From a virus (taxonomy: Duplodnaviria > Caudoviricetes), in the IMG/VR virus record IMGVR_UViG_3300005805_000431, positions 1 to 25,758 of that record: 25,758 bases of DNA. One strand, given 5' to 3'. This document shows positions 8,856-17,269 of this stretch, one piece after another (within the stretch, counting starts at the first letter, position 1; each line of letters opens with the position of its first letter). The notes under the pieces are model-generated. The model was not told the origin of the DNA. It ran no database searches and was given only the letters and a program-made list of their open reading frames with translations. A program made the position numbers and the translations under genes.

Positions 8856-9586
8856 TATCCGAAAAAACTTGAAAGACCCTCCAGAACAATTTCATTATCA
8901 ACACCAGTGTTTGGATTCTTAACAGTCAATGTATGGGAAAGTTTGGGCATAGTATCAAAGAACCTTTCAATTCCTTTAAATTGATTGGAATCAAATGTTT
9001 GTAACCATTCAATCAATTCTTTTTTAGTTACATCACCAGCAGACCAAGATTCATCTTTAGTGTAAACAACATCAACACAAGATGCAACTACTGCAAAAGA
9101 TTTTTCAATGGTATCTTTGCTGGTATTTGTAGATCCAAAATCAAAGTTATTGTCAATAAACTCTTGAAGTGAAGGATACTTCATCTTCAGTGAAATATTA
9201 TCATCAATTTTAATTTCAGATGTATGTCCTTCTGGGATAATAACTTCTATTTCATCCACATTAACAGTGACTTCTACTTGTGTCTCTCCATCATCTGGAC
9301 AAGTAATGATAAGATCTACTGATTCTCCAACTGATTTTGCTCTAATGTTTAAGAAGATGTATTCAATATCAAAACTTGGGAGGGAATCAATCTTAATACC
9401 CCTAGTTAAAATACAATCTTTTAGTACACTCTTAACTGCATTAGTAATATCTTTTGGATCTCCACTTTCCATGGCAAGGATAAGAACCTTTTCTTCCTTA
9501 ACAAGAAATGGTCTGTACTTAATTGTCTTTTTATTTGATGGTAATGTCAACTCATAAGATGGAGTTGCAACTGTAGGTAAAGGCAT
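8855..9586 (-). CDS. gp26: Baseplate hub assembly protein gp26
   Basis: MPLP..ATPSYELTLPS, YRPFLVKEEKVL, FDIEYIFLNIRAKSVGE, FFDTMPKL and LEGLSSFF motifs. Confidence 0.9.
   Translation of the reverse strand: MPLPTVATPSYELTLPSNKKTIKYRPFLVKEEKVLILAMESGDPKDITNAVKSVLKDCILTRGIKIDSLPSFDIEYIFLNIRAKSVGESVDLIITCPDDGETQVEVTVNVDEIEVIIPEGHTSEIKIDDNISLKMKYPSLQEFIDNNFDFGSTNTSKDTIEKSFAVVASCVDVVYTKDESWSAGDVTKKELIEWLQTFDSNQFKGIERFFDTMPKLSHTLTVKNPNTGVDNEIVLEGLSSFFG
8861..8882 (-). other. Candidate -1 frameshift signal (internal SD plus slippery heptamer)
   Basis: Minus strand GGAGG (8882-8878), 10 nt, then T TTT TTC (8867-8861) in frame with gp26. The -1 frame continues into gp51. Confidence 0.6.
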
Positions 9587-9612
9587 AGTGAAATATACAA
9601 TTCAGGTTTAGT

Positions 9613-9620
9613 TATTTATT
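9613..9620 (-). promoter_or_regulatory. T4-type late promoter upstream of gp26
   Basis: AATAAATA on the minus strand, ending 26 nt before the gp26 ATG. Confidence 0.65.
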
Positions 9621-10413
9621 ACCCTATAGGCAATCCATTAATTATATCAGTCAATTCTCTTGTGGTGCCTGCTCCAGCAGTTCCTGCGTTAGTAGCTCCA
9701 ACTACAGGTGTTACCCTAAGTTGTACAGAATCTCCTCCAGGTTGGGCACCATAAGAAGGAGTTCCATCAAATTTAGTTGCCCCTTCCTTTCTATTATTTA
9801 AAATTCTTTCATATCTATACAAATCATAGTTAAAAGTTATTGTGGTTCTCAATAATCCAGATTGATCATATGAAACAGGCAATGAAATTATATTAACTGG
9901 AAATGCATTTAATAAAACATATCTAACCAAACTTTTTGGTTCATTTATAACTCCACCAGATTTTAATCTGTCTGAAGGATTTCTAAAATCTTTTTCAAAC
10001 TTTGTGATAGTTACATTTGTTTTTAGTGTTTCTGGATAATTAAATTTTGTATATGAACTTGTTTCACCAGTGTTTTCTCCACCCAAATTTGGACAAATAT
10101 CACCCATCCATTGTTCAAAAAATTCAATTACTTTATAATCTCCATCAACATAAAAACTTACATCAACTGGAGGATAAGTTCTTTTATTGGCATATGTTTG
10201 TGTAATTCCTTGCCTATCTCCAAAAACTTGAGTTGTTTCAAAAGAAGATCCTGGAAGAACTGCTTCATATGCCAAAAAATTAATATCTGAATTTACTACT
10301 TTATTTCCAAAATCTTTGCTAATATGCACATCAAAATAATTAGATAATGAAGGTTTAAATAATGATTTAATTTCATCTGTAGAATAATATAAATTAGCGT
10401 ATGGTGTAGCCAT
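9619..10413 (-). CDS. Tail-tube-fold protein (gp19/gp54-like tube initiator)
   Basis: EAVLPG, VSFYVD..YKVIEFFEQW, ITKFEKD and LLNAFPVNI..LPVSYD motifs; divergent from gp4. Confidence 0.65.
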   Translation of the reverse strand: MATPYANLYYSTDEIKSLFKPSLSNYFDVHISKDFGNKVVNSDINFLAYEAVLPGSSFETTQVFGDRQGITQTYANKRTYPPVDVSFYVDGDYKVIEFFEQWMGDICPNLGGENTGETSSYTKFNYPETLKTNVTITKFEKDFRNPSDRLKSGGVINEPKSLVRYVLLNAFPVNIISLPVSYDQSGLLRTTITFNYDLYRYERILNNRKEGATKFDGTPSYGAQPGGDSVQLRVTPVVGATNAGTAGAGTTRELTDIINGLPIG

Positions 10414-10420
10414 CTAAATA
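10414..10420 (+). promoter_or_regulatory. Probable late promoter for gp4-gp2
   Basis: CTAAATA ending 24 nt before the gp4 ATG in the divergent intergenic gap. Confidence 0.5.
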
Positions 10421-10444
10421 CTTTTAAGTGCCTATATTATATGT

Positions 10445-10879
10445 ATGAGCTATAAAGGTGTTTATAAACCAGAACATCCAGAAAAGTATATTGGAGATTA
10501 TAAAAATATAATTTACAGGTCATTATGGGAAAGAAAATTCATGCACTATTGTGACATAAATGAAAACATAATGAAGTGGTCCAGTGAAGAAATATGGATA
10601 CCATATCTTTCTCCATTAGATTCTAGAGTTCATAGATACTTCCCTGACTTTTATATTAAATATAAAGATTCTTCTGGAATTGTTAAGGAAAGTTTAGTTG
10701 AAATAAAACCTAAAAGACAAGTCAATGGACCTAAGGTTACTAAAAGAGTAACACAAAAGCAAATGTATGAGATAAAAGAGTTTGCTAAGAATCAAGCAAA
10801 ATGGAAAGCAGCAGAAGAATTTTGTGCTGATAGAAGATGGTCATTCCAAATTCTAACGGAGGATAATCTTGGCGTATAA
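10445..10879 (+). CDS. gp4: Head completion nuclease gp4
   Basis: YKG.YKP..PEKY.GD, YRSLWERKFM, WSSEE, HRYFPDF, VEIKP, NQAKW and ILTE motifs. Confidence 0.93.
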   Translation: MSYKGVYKPEHPEKYIGDYKNIIYRSLWERKFMHYCDINENIMKWSSEEIWIPYLSPLDSRVHRYFPDFYIKYKDSSGIVKESLVEIKPKRQVNGPKVTKRVTQKQMYEIKEFAKNQAKWKAAEEFCADRRWSFQILTEDNLGV

Positions 10880-11408
10880 AACCATATTCGAACAAGTCAA
10901 AGAAGAATCTGGTGGAAGAAAACAGTCAAAGGATTGGTATAGGGAAAAAGTATTTGATAAAACTCCTGAAGATATTATAACAGAAGAAAGGTCTGATGAA
11001 GTTGGTGATGTTTTAGAGCGAGACCAAAATAAAAGCACATCATTTCCTTTGTTATTCAACTTAATGTTTTATAAGTATAAAGCAAAGACAAGAAGAGACC
11101 TTCCATACTATGACAAGTATCCTTTAGCATTTGTTTTAGAAATGGATGCAAGGTCATTCTTTGCAGTGAACTTACATTACTATTCCCCAGAAGAAAGAAT
11201 GGGACTTGTAATGAGTTTAGCAGAAGATAGAATTCCAAAGTTTCGAAAAGGAGCACATAAATACTTAATATCAGAAGTAAGAAGTCCTTACTTAATATTA
11301 GCACAGCAAGAATGGCAAACTATGTGTCTATTACCAGTAGAGGAATTTGTAAGGGACTTAGGTGGGGTAGAGATACCAATCCGTTCAGACAAGGTGTGGG
11401 GTAGATAA
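10869..11408 (+). CDS. gp2: DNA end protector gp2
   Basis: YKAKT...LPYYDKYPL, VNLHY, HKYL and LPVEEFV motifs. TTG start supported by GGAGGA at 10858-10863. Confidence 0.8.
   Translation: MAYKTIFEQVKEESGGRKQSKDWYREKVFDKTPEDIITEERSDEVGDVLERDQNKSTSFPLLFNLMFYKYKAKTRRDLPYYDKYPLAFVLEMDARSFFAVNLHYYSPEERMGLVMSLAEDRIPKFRKGAHKYLISEVRSPYLILAQQEWQTMCLLPVEEFVRDLGGVEIPIRSDKVWGR
11256..11263 (+). promoter_or_regulatory. Possible late promoter inside gp2, upstream of gp48
   Basis: CATAAATA, though it coincides with the HKY codons. Confidence 0.35.
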
Positions 11409-11410
11409 GG

Positions 11411-13027
11411 ATGGCAAATGAAAACTGGAGTCCTGGAAGTGGGAAAGCGATTCCAACAAATACCCCAATAAAAGTAGACCCAAGATTTACAACTATAACT
11501 TCGTCAAATCCTTCTGGTTATGTTCCATTTACATCAACTAACACTGATTCTAACAATCCTTTCTATTCCATCAATAATAATGGAGTTGTAACCTTTAAAT
11601 TTGGACCTGGACCAAGCACTCAACTTTTCCAAGCAGATGTAGAAAATACTTTAAATGATTTTGCTTCTCGAACTAGAGCCGCATCATTTGGAGAAGGAAT
11701 TGATATAAGAACAAGTTTTCAATCTACCCTCCAATCTCAATTAGAAGCACGTGCTCCTCAACTTGGGGTAACTCCTTCCCCCACTCAACCAACACCAGTA
11801 GCACCAGGAACACCAGGAGATGGTGGTGGATCTGCACCACAACCAGGAGATCCTGATTATGTAGAAGGAACTGGAGGAACTATAGAAGGTCTTAAAGATA
11901 TTAGTGCTGAATTTGGGCAAGAAAAAGACAAACAATTATATTCTAATTGGAAAGATTTTTTACAATATCCAGAAAACATATCTTCTTCTGGACAAGATAG
12001 ATTAGTTATATCTCAAATACAATATGTTGCTGGGGATTTAAGTAATACTCTATCTGGTTCTTTATCTAGAAGAGAAGAACAATTTGATAACCTATCACAA
12101 TTAGAAAAGTTATTAGGCATGGTAACTTTACCCATGCCTAATGATATTTCAGAATCAAATCAAGTTGGTTGGGGAGAAGATAGCTTATCAAATCTTGGAG
12201 CTGCTTTAATGAGTGCTGGAATGCAAGTAGGTGAACCATTTGCACAAGGTAAATTTGGTGAGGCAAGTAGTGCATTAATTAATAGAATGGGTGAAATAAT
12301 AACTAATGAATCTGTTGGAACCAGAGGCAGACAATTTTTATTAGCAAATGCTGTTGCTAGTATAATTAAAAAAGGTGGAATAAATGTAAATCCAGAATCA
12401 TACATTTCTAGAGCAACTGGATCTGCAATTAACCCAAATTTAGAACTATTATTTAATGGACCAAAATTAAGAGCATTTCAATTTGGATTTAAAATGTCTC
12501 CAAGAAATGCTCAAGAAGCAAGAAATATAAGAGCCATTCTTAAGTTTTTTAAAAAGGGAATGTCTCCTAGAACATCTACTAAAAATGAAAATGCCTTTTT
12601 CTTAGGAACTCCAAATGTTTTTAGAATTAAATATGCTTCTAGTTCATCTGAACTTGGAAGCATTGGAAAAATAAAAACATGTGCATTAACATCTTTTAAT
12701 ATAAATTATACTCCAGATGGATTTTATGCTGCATATAATGATCCTGATTCTGGAGGTTCACAACCAGTATCTGTCACTATGCAATTAGGGTTTGTAGAAT
12801 TAACCCCAGTATTCAGTGATGATTATGACGACTCTCTTACTGTTGGTCCAAATAAATTTGAAGGGGTGACATATACTCCAGAATCCTCAACAGGACCAAA
12901 TTACACTCAAGGTGCACCACAAGGACCAACTCCTGGTGGAGCATCTGTTGATACTCGAGGGGAAGTAGATAGAATAAGACAACAGGCACTTATAGAAGCT
13001 GCAGGTCCTTTACGTACAGGAGGTTAA
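11411..13027 (+). CDS. gp48: Baseplate tail tube cap gp48
   Basis: LPMPNDI..SNQVGW, NPNLELLFNGPKLRAFQF.FKMSPR, TPNVFRIKY, KTCALT...NYTPDG and F.ELTP motifs. Confidence 0.9.
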   Translation: MANENWSPGSGKAIPTNTPIKVDPRFTTITSSNPSGYVPFTSTNTDSNNPFYSINNNGVVTFKFGPGPSTQLFQADVENTLNDFASRTRAASFGEGIDIRTSFQSTLQSQLEARAPQLGVTPSPTQPTPVAPGTPGDGGGSAPQPGDPDYVEGTGGTIEGLKDISAEFGQEKDKQLYSNWKDFLQYPENISSSGQDRLVISQIQYVAGDLSNTLSGSLSRREEQFDNLSQLEKLLGMVTLPMPNDISESNQVGWGEDSLSNLGAALMSAGMQVGEPFAQGKFGEASSALINRMGEIITNESVGTRGRQFLLANAVASIIKKGGINVNPESYISRATGSAINPNLELLFNGPKLRAFQFGFKMSPRNAQEARNIRAILKFFKKGMSPRTSTKNENAFFLGTPNVFRIKYASSSSELGSIGKIKTCALTSFNINYTPDGFYAAYNDPDSGGSQPVSVTMQLGFVELTPVFSDDYDDSLTVGPNKFEGVTYTPESSTGPNYTQGAPQGPTPGGASVDTRGEVDRIRQQALIEAAGPLRTGG

Positions 13028-13030
13028 AGA

Positions 13031-13693
13031 ATGACATATTTCAGAGAAGTATCGGACTTACTTTATCAGTCCCAACAACCAAACAGAAACTCTTCTTATG
13101 ATTATGTAAAAGTCAAGAATCTCTTTCGTAGAGCAAAGATTCGTGATGACTTCTTTCAAAATGTAGTTACATTTACTAAGTATAAAGTTATTGGCGAAGA
13201 AAGACCAGAACAAGTAGCAGAAAAAACTTATGGAAGTCCTACTTATGATTGGTTAGTTTTAATCTCCAACAATATTCTAAATGTAAGAACTGAATGGCCA
13301 CTGTCTGATTCAGAGTTTTCTGATTACCTAGAAAGAAAATATACATCAGCAGAACTTGAACAACCCTATCAGTATGAAACTACTTTAGTTACTGATTCTA
13401 GAGGAAAAGTTATACTTCCTGCAGGTAAAATTGTAGACCCAACATTTACAATAACTTATTATGATGAAAATATTAATCAATCAATAACTGTAAACCCAAT
13501 AAGAACAGTGAGTACTTATGAATATGAAATCTTTCAAAATGATAAAAAAAGAAATATCTATCTTTTAAAACCAAGATACTTACAAACTGCTCTTGATGAT
13601 ATGAGAACCATTATGTCTTATGGATTCTCTTCCCAATATGTTAATGACACTACTAAAAAGGGAGAGAACTTAAGAGTCCTCTCCCCCAGATAA
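13031..13693 (+). CDS. gp53: Baseplate wedge gp53
   Basis: VKNLFRR, ERPEQVA...YG...YDWLVLISNNI, EWPL, YEYE...NDKKRNIYLLKP motifs. Confidence 0.9.
   Translation: MTYFREVSDLLYQSQQPNRNSSYDYVKVKNLFRRAKIRDDFFQNVVTFTKYKVIGEERPEQVAEKTYGSPTYDWLVLISNNILNVRTEWPLSDSEFSDYLERKYTSAELEQPYQYETTLVTDSRGKVILPAGKIVDPTFTITYYDENINQSITVNPIRTVSTYEYEIFQNDKKRNIYLLKPRYLQTALDDMRTIMSYGFSSQYVNDTTKKGENLRVLSPR
13655..13685 (-). terminator. Rho-independent terminator for gp32, embedded antisense in the gp53 3' end
   Basis: Minus strand GGGAGAGGACT-CTTA-AGTTCTCTCCC-TTTTT: 11-bp stem with one G-U pair, 4-nt loop and U5 tail, 8 nt after the gp32 stop. Confidence 0.82.
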
Positions 13694-14587
13694 TCATTCC
13701 TCTGCCAGTTTTTGGAAGTAGGAAAGGGTATCATCTTCATCTTCATCTACTGAAGGCTTAGAGATAGTGAATGATGGTTCCTTCTTAGGAGGAGCAGAAA
13801 ACTCTTCCTCATCTTCAAAAGATTCATCAACTTTAGGTTGTGCTTTTGGTTTGCCCAGAACTGCTTTCAAACGAGTATCAAGTTGTTCATAGGTCTTCAT
13901 GGATTCCGGATTGGTAAACTCCACAAGAGAGTATGCTTTCTTCCAAATTCCTTCCAGAACATCATCATCAAAATCACCAAGAGTTCCAGGAGATTCAAAT
14001 TCAGATTTATCATAGTTCCAATAACCATCCTTCTTGGTAATCTTTACCTTGAAATTAGCACCTTGCCAAAAATCAAAAGGATTGATTGGAGTTTCATCAT
14101 CAAACTCAGGTTGCATTGCTGCCATGATCTTGTCAAAGATCTTCTTACCATACTTATAAAGGAATACCCTTCCTTCATTTTCTGGATGTGCCTTATCACT
14201 CACAACATAGATGTTTGAATAGTAAGACAGTTTGCGCTTACGCTCACGAACAATTTCTTGATTTGCTTTACTACCTGTGTTCCACAACTCACGGTTTGCT
14301 TCACACACAGGGCAGTTTTGATTAACTGTAGTCAGGCAGTTATCAATAAACCACCCACCAGTACCTTGGAAGGCATGAGTATACACCTTTGCCCAGGGAA
14401 GATCTTCACTATCTGGAGCAGGAAGAAAGCGAACAACAGCAAAACCATTACCTGCTTTATCTACCTCAGGCTTCCACAGACGATCATCTGCAGAACCACT
14501 GGATGTATTCATCTTCTCAACTTCTTGAACAAGTTTAGAAGTTAGAGAACCAAGACTGGATTTCTTTTTAAGGTCTGAAAAAGACAT
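13694..14587 (-). CDS. gp32: Single-stranded DNA-binding protein gp32
   Basis: DDRLWKP..DKAGNG.AVVRFLP, CLTT....CPVCE, YKYGKKIFDKI, PFDFWQGANFK and NYDKSEF motifs; acidic tail ending YFQKLAEE. Confidence 0.96.
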   Translation of the reverse strand: MSFSDLKKKSSLGSLTSKLVQEVEKMNTSSGSADDRLWKPEVDKAGNGFAVVRFLPAPDSEDLPWAKVYTHAFQGTGGWFIDNCLTTVNQNCPVCEANRELWNTGSKANQEIVRERKRKLSYYSNIYVVSDKAHPENEGRVFLYKYGKKIFDKIMAAMQPEFDDETPINPFDFWQGANFKVKITKKDGYWNYDKSEFESPGTLGDFDDDVLEGIWKKAYSLVEFTNPESMKTYEQLDTRLKAVLGKPKAQPKVDESFEDEEEFSAPPKKEPSFTISKPSVDEDEDDTLSYFQKLAEE

Positions 14588-14588
14588 T

Positions 14589-14625
14589 AGATTACCTCGG
14601 ATTAGTAGGATTGTTAGGATTGATT
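14589..14625 (-). repeat. AATCC repeats in the gp32 5' UTR (candidate translational operator)
   Basis: Plus-strand GGATT at 14599, 14608 and 14617 (exact 9-nt period), plus two GATT variants flanking the GAGG SD. Confidence 0.6.
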
Positions 14626-14635
14626 ATCCAAAGAC

Positions 14636-14664
14636 ATCATAGCAAAGCAGAGGTCACTTGTCAA
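14636..14664 (-). promoter_or_regulatory. Near-consensus sigma70 promoter for gp32
   Basis: TTGACA (14664-14659), 17 nt spacer, TATGAT (14641-14636) with an extended -10 TG. Confidence 0.85.
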
Positions 14665-14989
14665 CCTCTGCTTCCTTCTTAATTCTTTGGATGACTTTAT
14701 TCATATTATCAAATATAACTGACATATTTGTTGCATCTCCATATCCAAGAAGCTTTGATGATTCTATAATACGTTCTTTCATCTGGACTGCTTCTGGGTC
14801 ATCAGATAAACTTACTCTTGTATACAATATTTTTTGCTTTTCTAAAAGTTCAGACAGAAGATTAACATGCTCCAACTTTTCTGCCTTGGACATTATAGGC
14901 AATCTCAATACGCTTCTTGTCAATTGCCTTTGAAGATCTTCTATACTCTTGAGTTCTTTTTTAACTATGTCTGAATCAAAGAATGCCAT
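14654..14989 (-). CDS. DUF1825-like cyanophage protein
   Basis: MAFFDSDIV, LLEKQKILYTRVSLSDDPEA motifs; GGGGT SD upstream; position between gp59 and gp32. Confidence 0.7.
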   Translation of the reverse strand: MAFFDSDIVKKELKSIEDLQRQLTRSVLRLPIMSKAEKLEHVNLLSELLEKQKILYTRVSLSDDPEAVQMKERIIESSKLLGYGDATNMSVIFDNMNKVIQRIKKEAEVDK

Positions 14990-14996
14990 ATTACCC

Positions 14997-15581
14997 CTAC
15001 ACTGTATTTCTCAAAACTTTCTTATAATCTTTTACATCAATATTTAGGAATGGTGAATATTTTTGTATCTTTAATGACACCAATTCCCATACAGGATCTA
15101 AAAGTTTCTTATCAAAAATGTTCCTGAACAGGAATATCTTATCCCAAATCACTAGGGTCTCTATATCAATTTTCCCGCTCAGGAACATTTTAAGGATGGG
15201 TGGATGTTGCCTTGAACAATCAAATAACTCTTCTAAGTTGCTTGAAGACAACATCTCTTCTGATTGTTGGGTAAACAAATACTTCAAACTCTGTTGCTTT
15301 TTTATCCACTCTTTATAATAAATATCACCACCTCTTATGATATTACCAATCCATAAACTTGATGGATCATCTGCTTCTACTAAATTAGCAATAAAAAAAT
15401 CTCTGATTTCATCATCATTTTTTTGTCTACTAATTCTTTCAAACCAATACTTATCTTTTCTTTTTTCAAATGATGCTACTGATGCTCTTGACTTACCTGC
15501 ATATTTAAAATAATCATAGTTTGATTTACTAAAATGATTTTTTAGTGCAAGGTAAGTTTTATAGGCATCAAATGGTGTCAT
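14997..15581 (-). CDS. gp59: Helicase loader gp59
   Basis: YKTYLALKNHF...NYDYFKY.GK, FEKRKDKYWF, HPPILK, IETLVI and KYSPFL motifs. Confidence 0.85.
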   Translation of the reverse strand: MTPFDAYKTYLALKNHFSKSNYDYFKYAGKSRASVASFEKRKDKYWFERISRQKNDDEIRDFFIANLVEADDPSSLWIGNIIRGGDIYYKEWIKKQQSLKYLFTQQSEEMLSSSNLEELFDCSRQHPPILKMFLSGKIDIETLVIWDKIFLFRNIFDKKLLDPVWELVSLKIQKYSPFLNIDVKDYKKVLRNTV

Positions 15582-15835
15582 ATCAAAAGTTTTGCTCTGG
15601 AGGTTCTCTTTAAAAAGTTTAAGTTAATAGCATCACACTTAAGTTTTTCTTTAAGTGGTTTGCTAATAAGTTTACTGACTGAATCTACTTCAAATCCATT
15701 CTCTTCACAGTAATGCACGATAGCATCAATATAATTCATGTCTTCATTATTTTTTACCAAGTCCTCAATGAGTTGTGAGAATTTTGTTTGGCATAAAAAT
15801 TTTGAATCTAGTGCATTCTTTAATTTAGTTTCCAT
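15578..15835 (-). CDS. gp33: Late promoter transcription coactivator gp33
   Basis: YIDAIVHYCEEN..E..SVSKLISKPLKEKLK.DA..LNFLK motif. Confidence 0.9.
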   Translation of the reverse strand: METKLKNALDSKFLCQTKFSQLIEDLVKNNEDMNYIDAIVHYCEENGFEVDSVSKLISKPLKEKLKCDAINLNFLKRTSRAKLLI

Positions 15836-16505
15836 ATTCTTTTAATTTGTGTTGGATAAAATCTTTAATATATCCATTGAGTAGTTTAATGTACTTCATT
15901 TTATCATACTCTTCATAAACAACGCAATCCCCATCTTCACAAGCCATAAGAATGACAAGTTTTTTAACAGGAATATTAGTTATCTCATAGAACATACAAG
16001 CATATGCTGCTGCCTGAACAAAGTAATGTTCAATCCAATCTCTTGGTTTTGCTTTTTTAGATGTTTTAAAGTCAATAATTGAAAGTTCTCCATTGTATTC
16101 TGCAATACAATCTACAGTTCCTGCAATGCCAAGGACCTTGCTATAGAGTGCACTTTCCAATGCATAGATATTATTTATCTTATCTAATTCTGGTTTGGCA
16201 ATTTTAAATAAAGTTTGTGATAGAGGTTGAACTTTAGGAAGTTCAGAAACATTAAGAAGATAATTTTCAGTTAATGTATGCATATCAGTCCCACGACTGG
16301 TTGCTTGTTTATTAACTTTGTTTGCTTCTGCTTCTCCTACTTTCTTTCGCCACTTCTCAAAAATATGTCTGTTATGAAAACTTGTAACTGATGTAATAGA
16401 AACTAACCTGGAAAGGTTATCTTCCCCAGGTATTTTATAATATCTTACACCATCAATCTCTTCCCTTTCAAGTTTGGGAAGAGAAATATCAATATGATTG
16501 AACAT
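15825..16505 (-). CDS. PD-(D/E)XK exonuclease
   Basis: SITSV, WRKKVG, RGTDMH, AGTVDCI, IDFKTS and YFVQAAAY motifs. Confidence 0.85.
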   Translation of the reverse strand: MFNHIDISLPKLEREEIDGVRYYKIPGEDNLSRLVSITSVTSFHNRHIFEKWRKKVGEAEANKVNKQATSRGTDMHTLTENYLLNVSELPKVQPLSQTLFKIAKPELDKINNIYALESALYSKVLGIAGTVDCIAEYNGELSIIDFKTSKKAKPRDWIEHYFVQAAAYACMFYEITNIPVKKLVILMACEDGDCVVYEEYDKMKYIKLLNGYIKDFIQHKLKEYGN

Positions 16506-17269
16506 TAAAAACCTGCAGCCATCTTATTAACAATGTATGATTTGACTAAACCAGATCTAACAATATCTTCAACACCAAATTCAATGGATTCAAATTCAGG
16601 CATTCTTTGAATGATTTTCATAAAGTTTAGAATACCATCCCTTTCATTATTTCTAGTTAAGTCAGATTGAGTGGCATCTCCACAGAACATAATCTTAGAG
16701 TTATCACCAACCCTTGTAATTATACTATCAAGTTCATGAAAGTTCAAGTTCTGACATTCATCTACAATGATGATTGAATTATCTAAAGTAGTTCCTCTAA
16801 TAAATGAGGTGCTCCAGAACTTAATGCTTTCTTGTGCCTTAAGATTTCCATAAAGCATTTCAAACTCTGCATCAGAATTAAGTTCAAACATATACCTTAC
16901 CATATTCTTATATGGAATCTGGTAGAGTGAGGACTTATCTTCATGATCCCCAGGAAGGAATCCAATTTCCCTTGTGGCAACAAGTGATCTAACAATGACA
17001 ACTTTATCATAAGGTGTCAATTCATTTAAAACATCTTTAAGTGCTAAGTATAATGCACAAAATGTTTTACCAGTTCCTGCACACCCATAAACAAATAGAT
17101 GTTTATCTAAATCATAAGCATCAAATAAAACTGTTTGATTTTTAGTTAATGGTTGAATATCAACTAAACTATCAATGTTAATTGGTTTTCTTTTTTTTCT
17201 ACTTTTAGATCCAGTAGTGCCAATTCCAATAGGAGTATCTCCTGTATTCCTTCTTCTGTTTCTTGCCAT
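16505..17269 (-). CDS. phoH: PhoH-family ATPase
   Basis: Walker A GCAGTGKT; IGFLPG, FIRGTT, DECQN, GDATQSD and DIVRSGLV motifs. Confidence 0.95.
   Translation of the reverse strand: MARNRRRNTGDTPIGIGTTGSKSRKKRKPINIDSLVDIQPLTKNQTVLFDAYDLDKHLFVYGCAGTGKTFCALYLALKDVLNELTPYDKVVIVRSLVATREIGFLPGDHEDKSSLYQIPYKNMVRYMFELNSDAEFEMLYGNLKAQESIKFWSTSFIRGTTLDNSIIIVDECQNLNFHELDSIITRVGDNSKIMFCGDATQSDLTRNNERDGILNFMKIIQRMPEFESIEFGVEDIVRSGLVKSYIVNKMAAGF

Noticed and set aside
2160-9557. Many plus-strand ORFs antisense to structural genes (e.g. 6338-6628, 7940-8392, 9267-9557)
   Set aside because: Shadow frames of Gly/Ala-rich genes on the opposite strand, with no recognisable motifs.
10445-13693. Plus-strand block as a recent inversion
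   Set aside because: No flanking inverted repeats or recombinase are seen, and this orientation matches my recollection of normal cyanomyovirus gene order.
15825-16505. Exonuclease as a CRISPR-associated Cas4
   Set aside because: No CRISPR array or other cas genes are seen and the Cas4 four-Cys pattern is not evident. It fits the usual T4-like exonuclease next to phoH.
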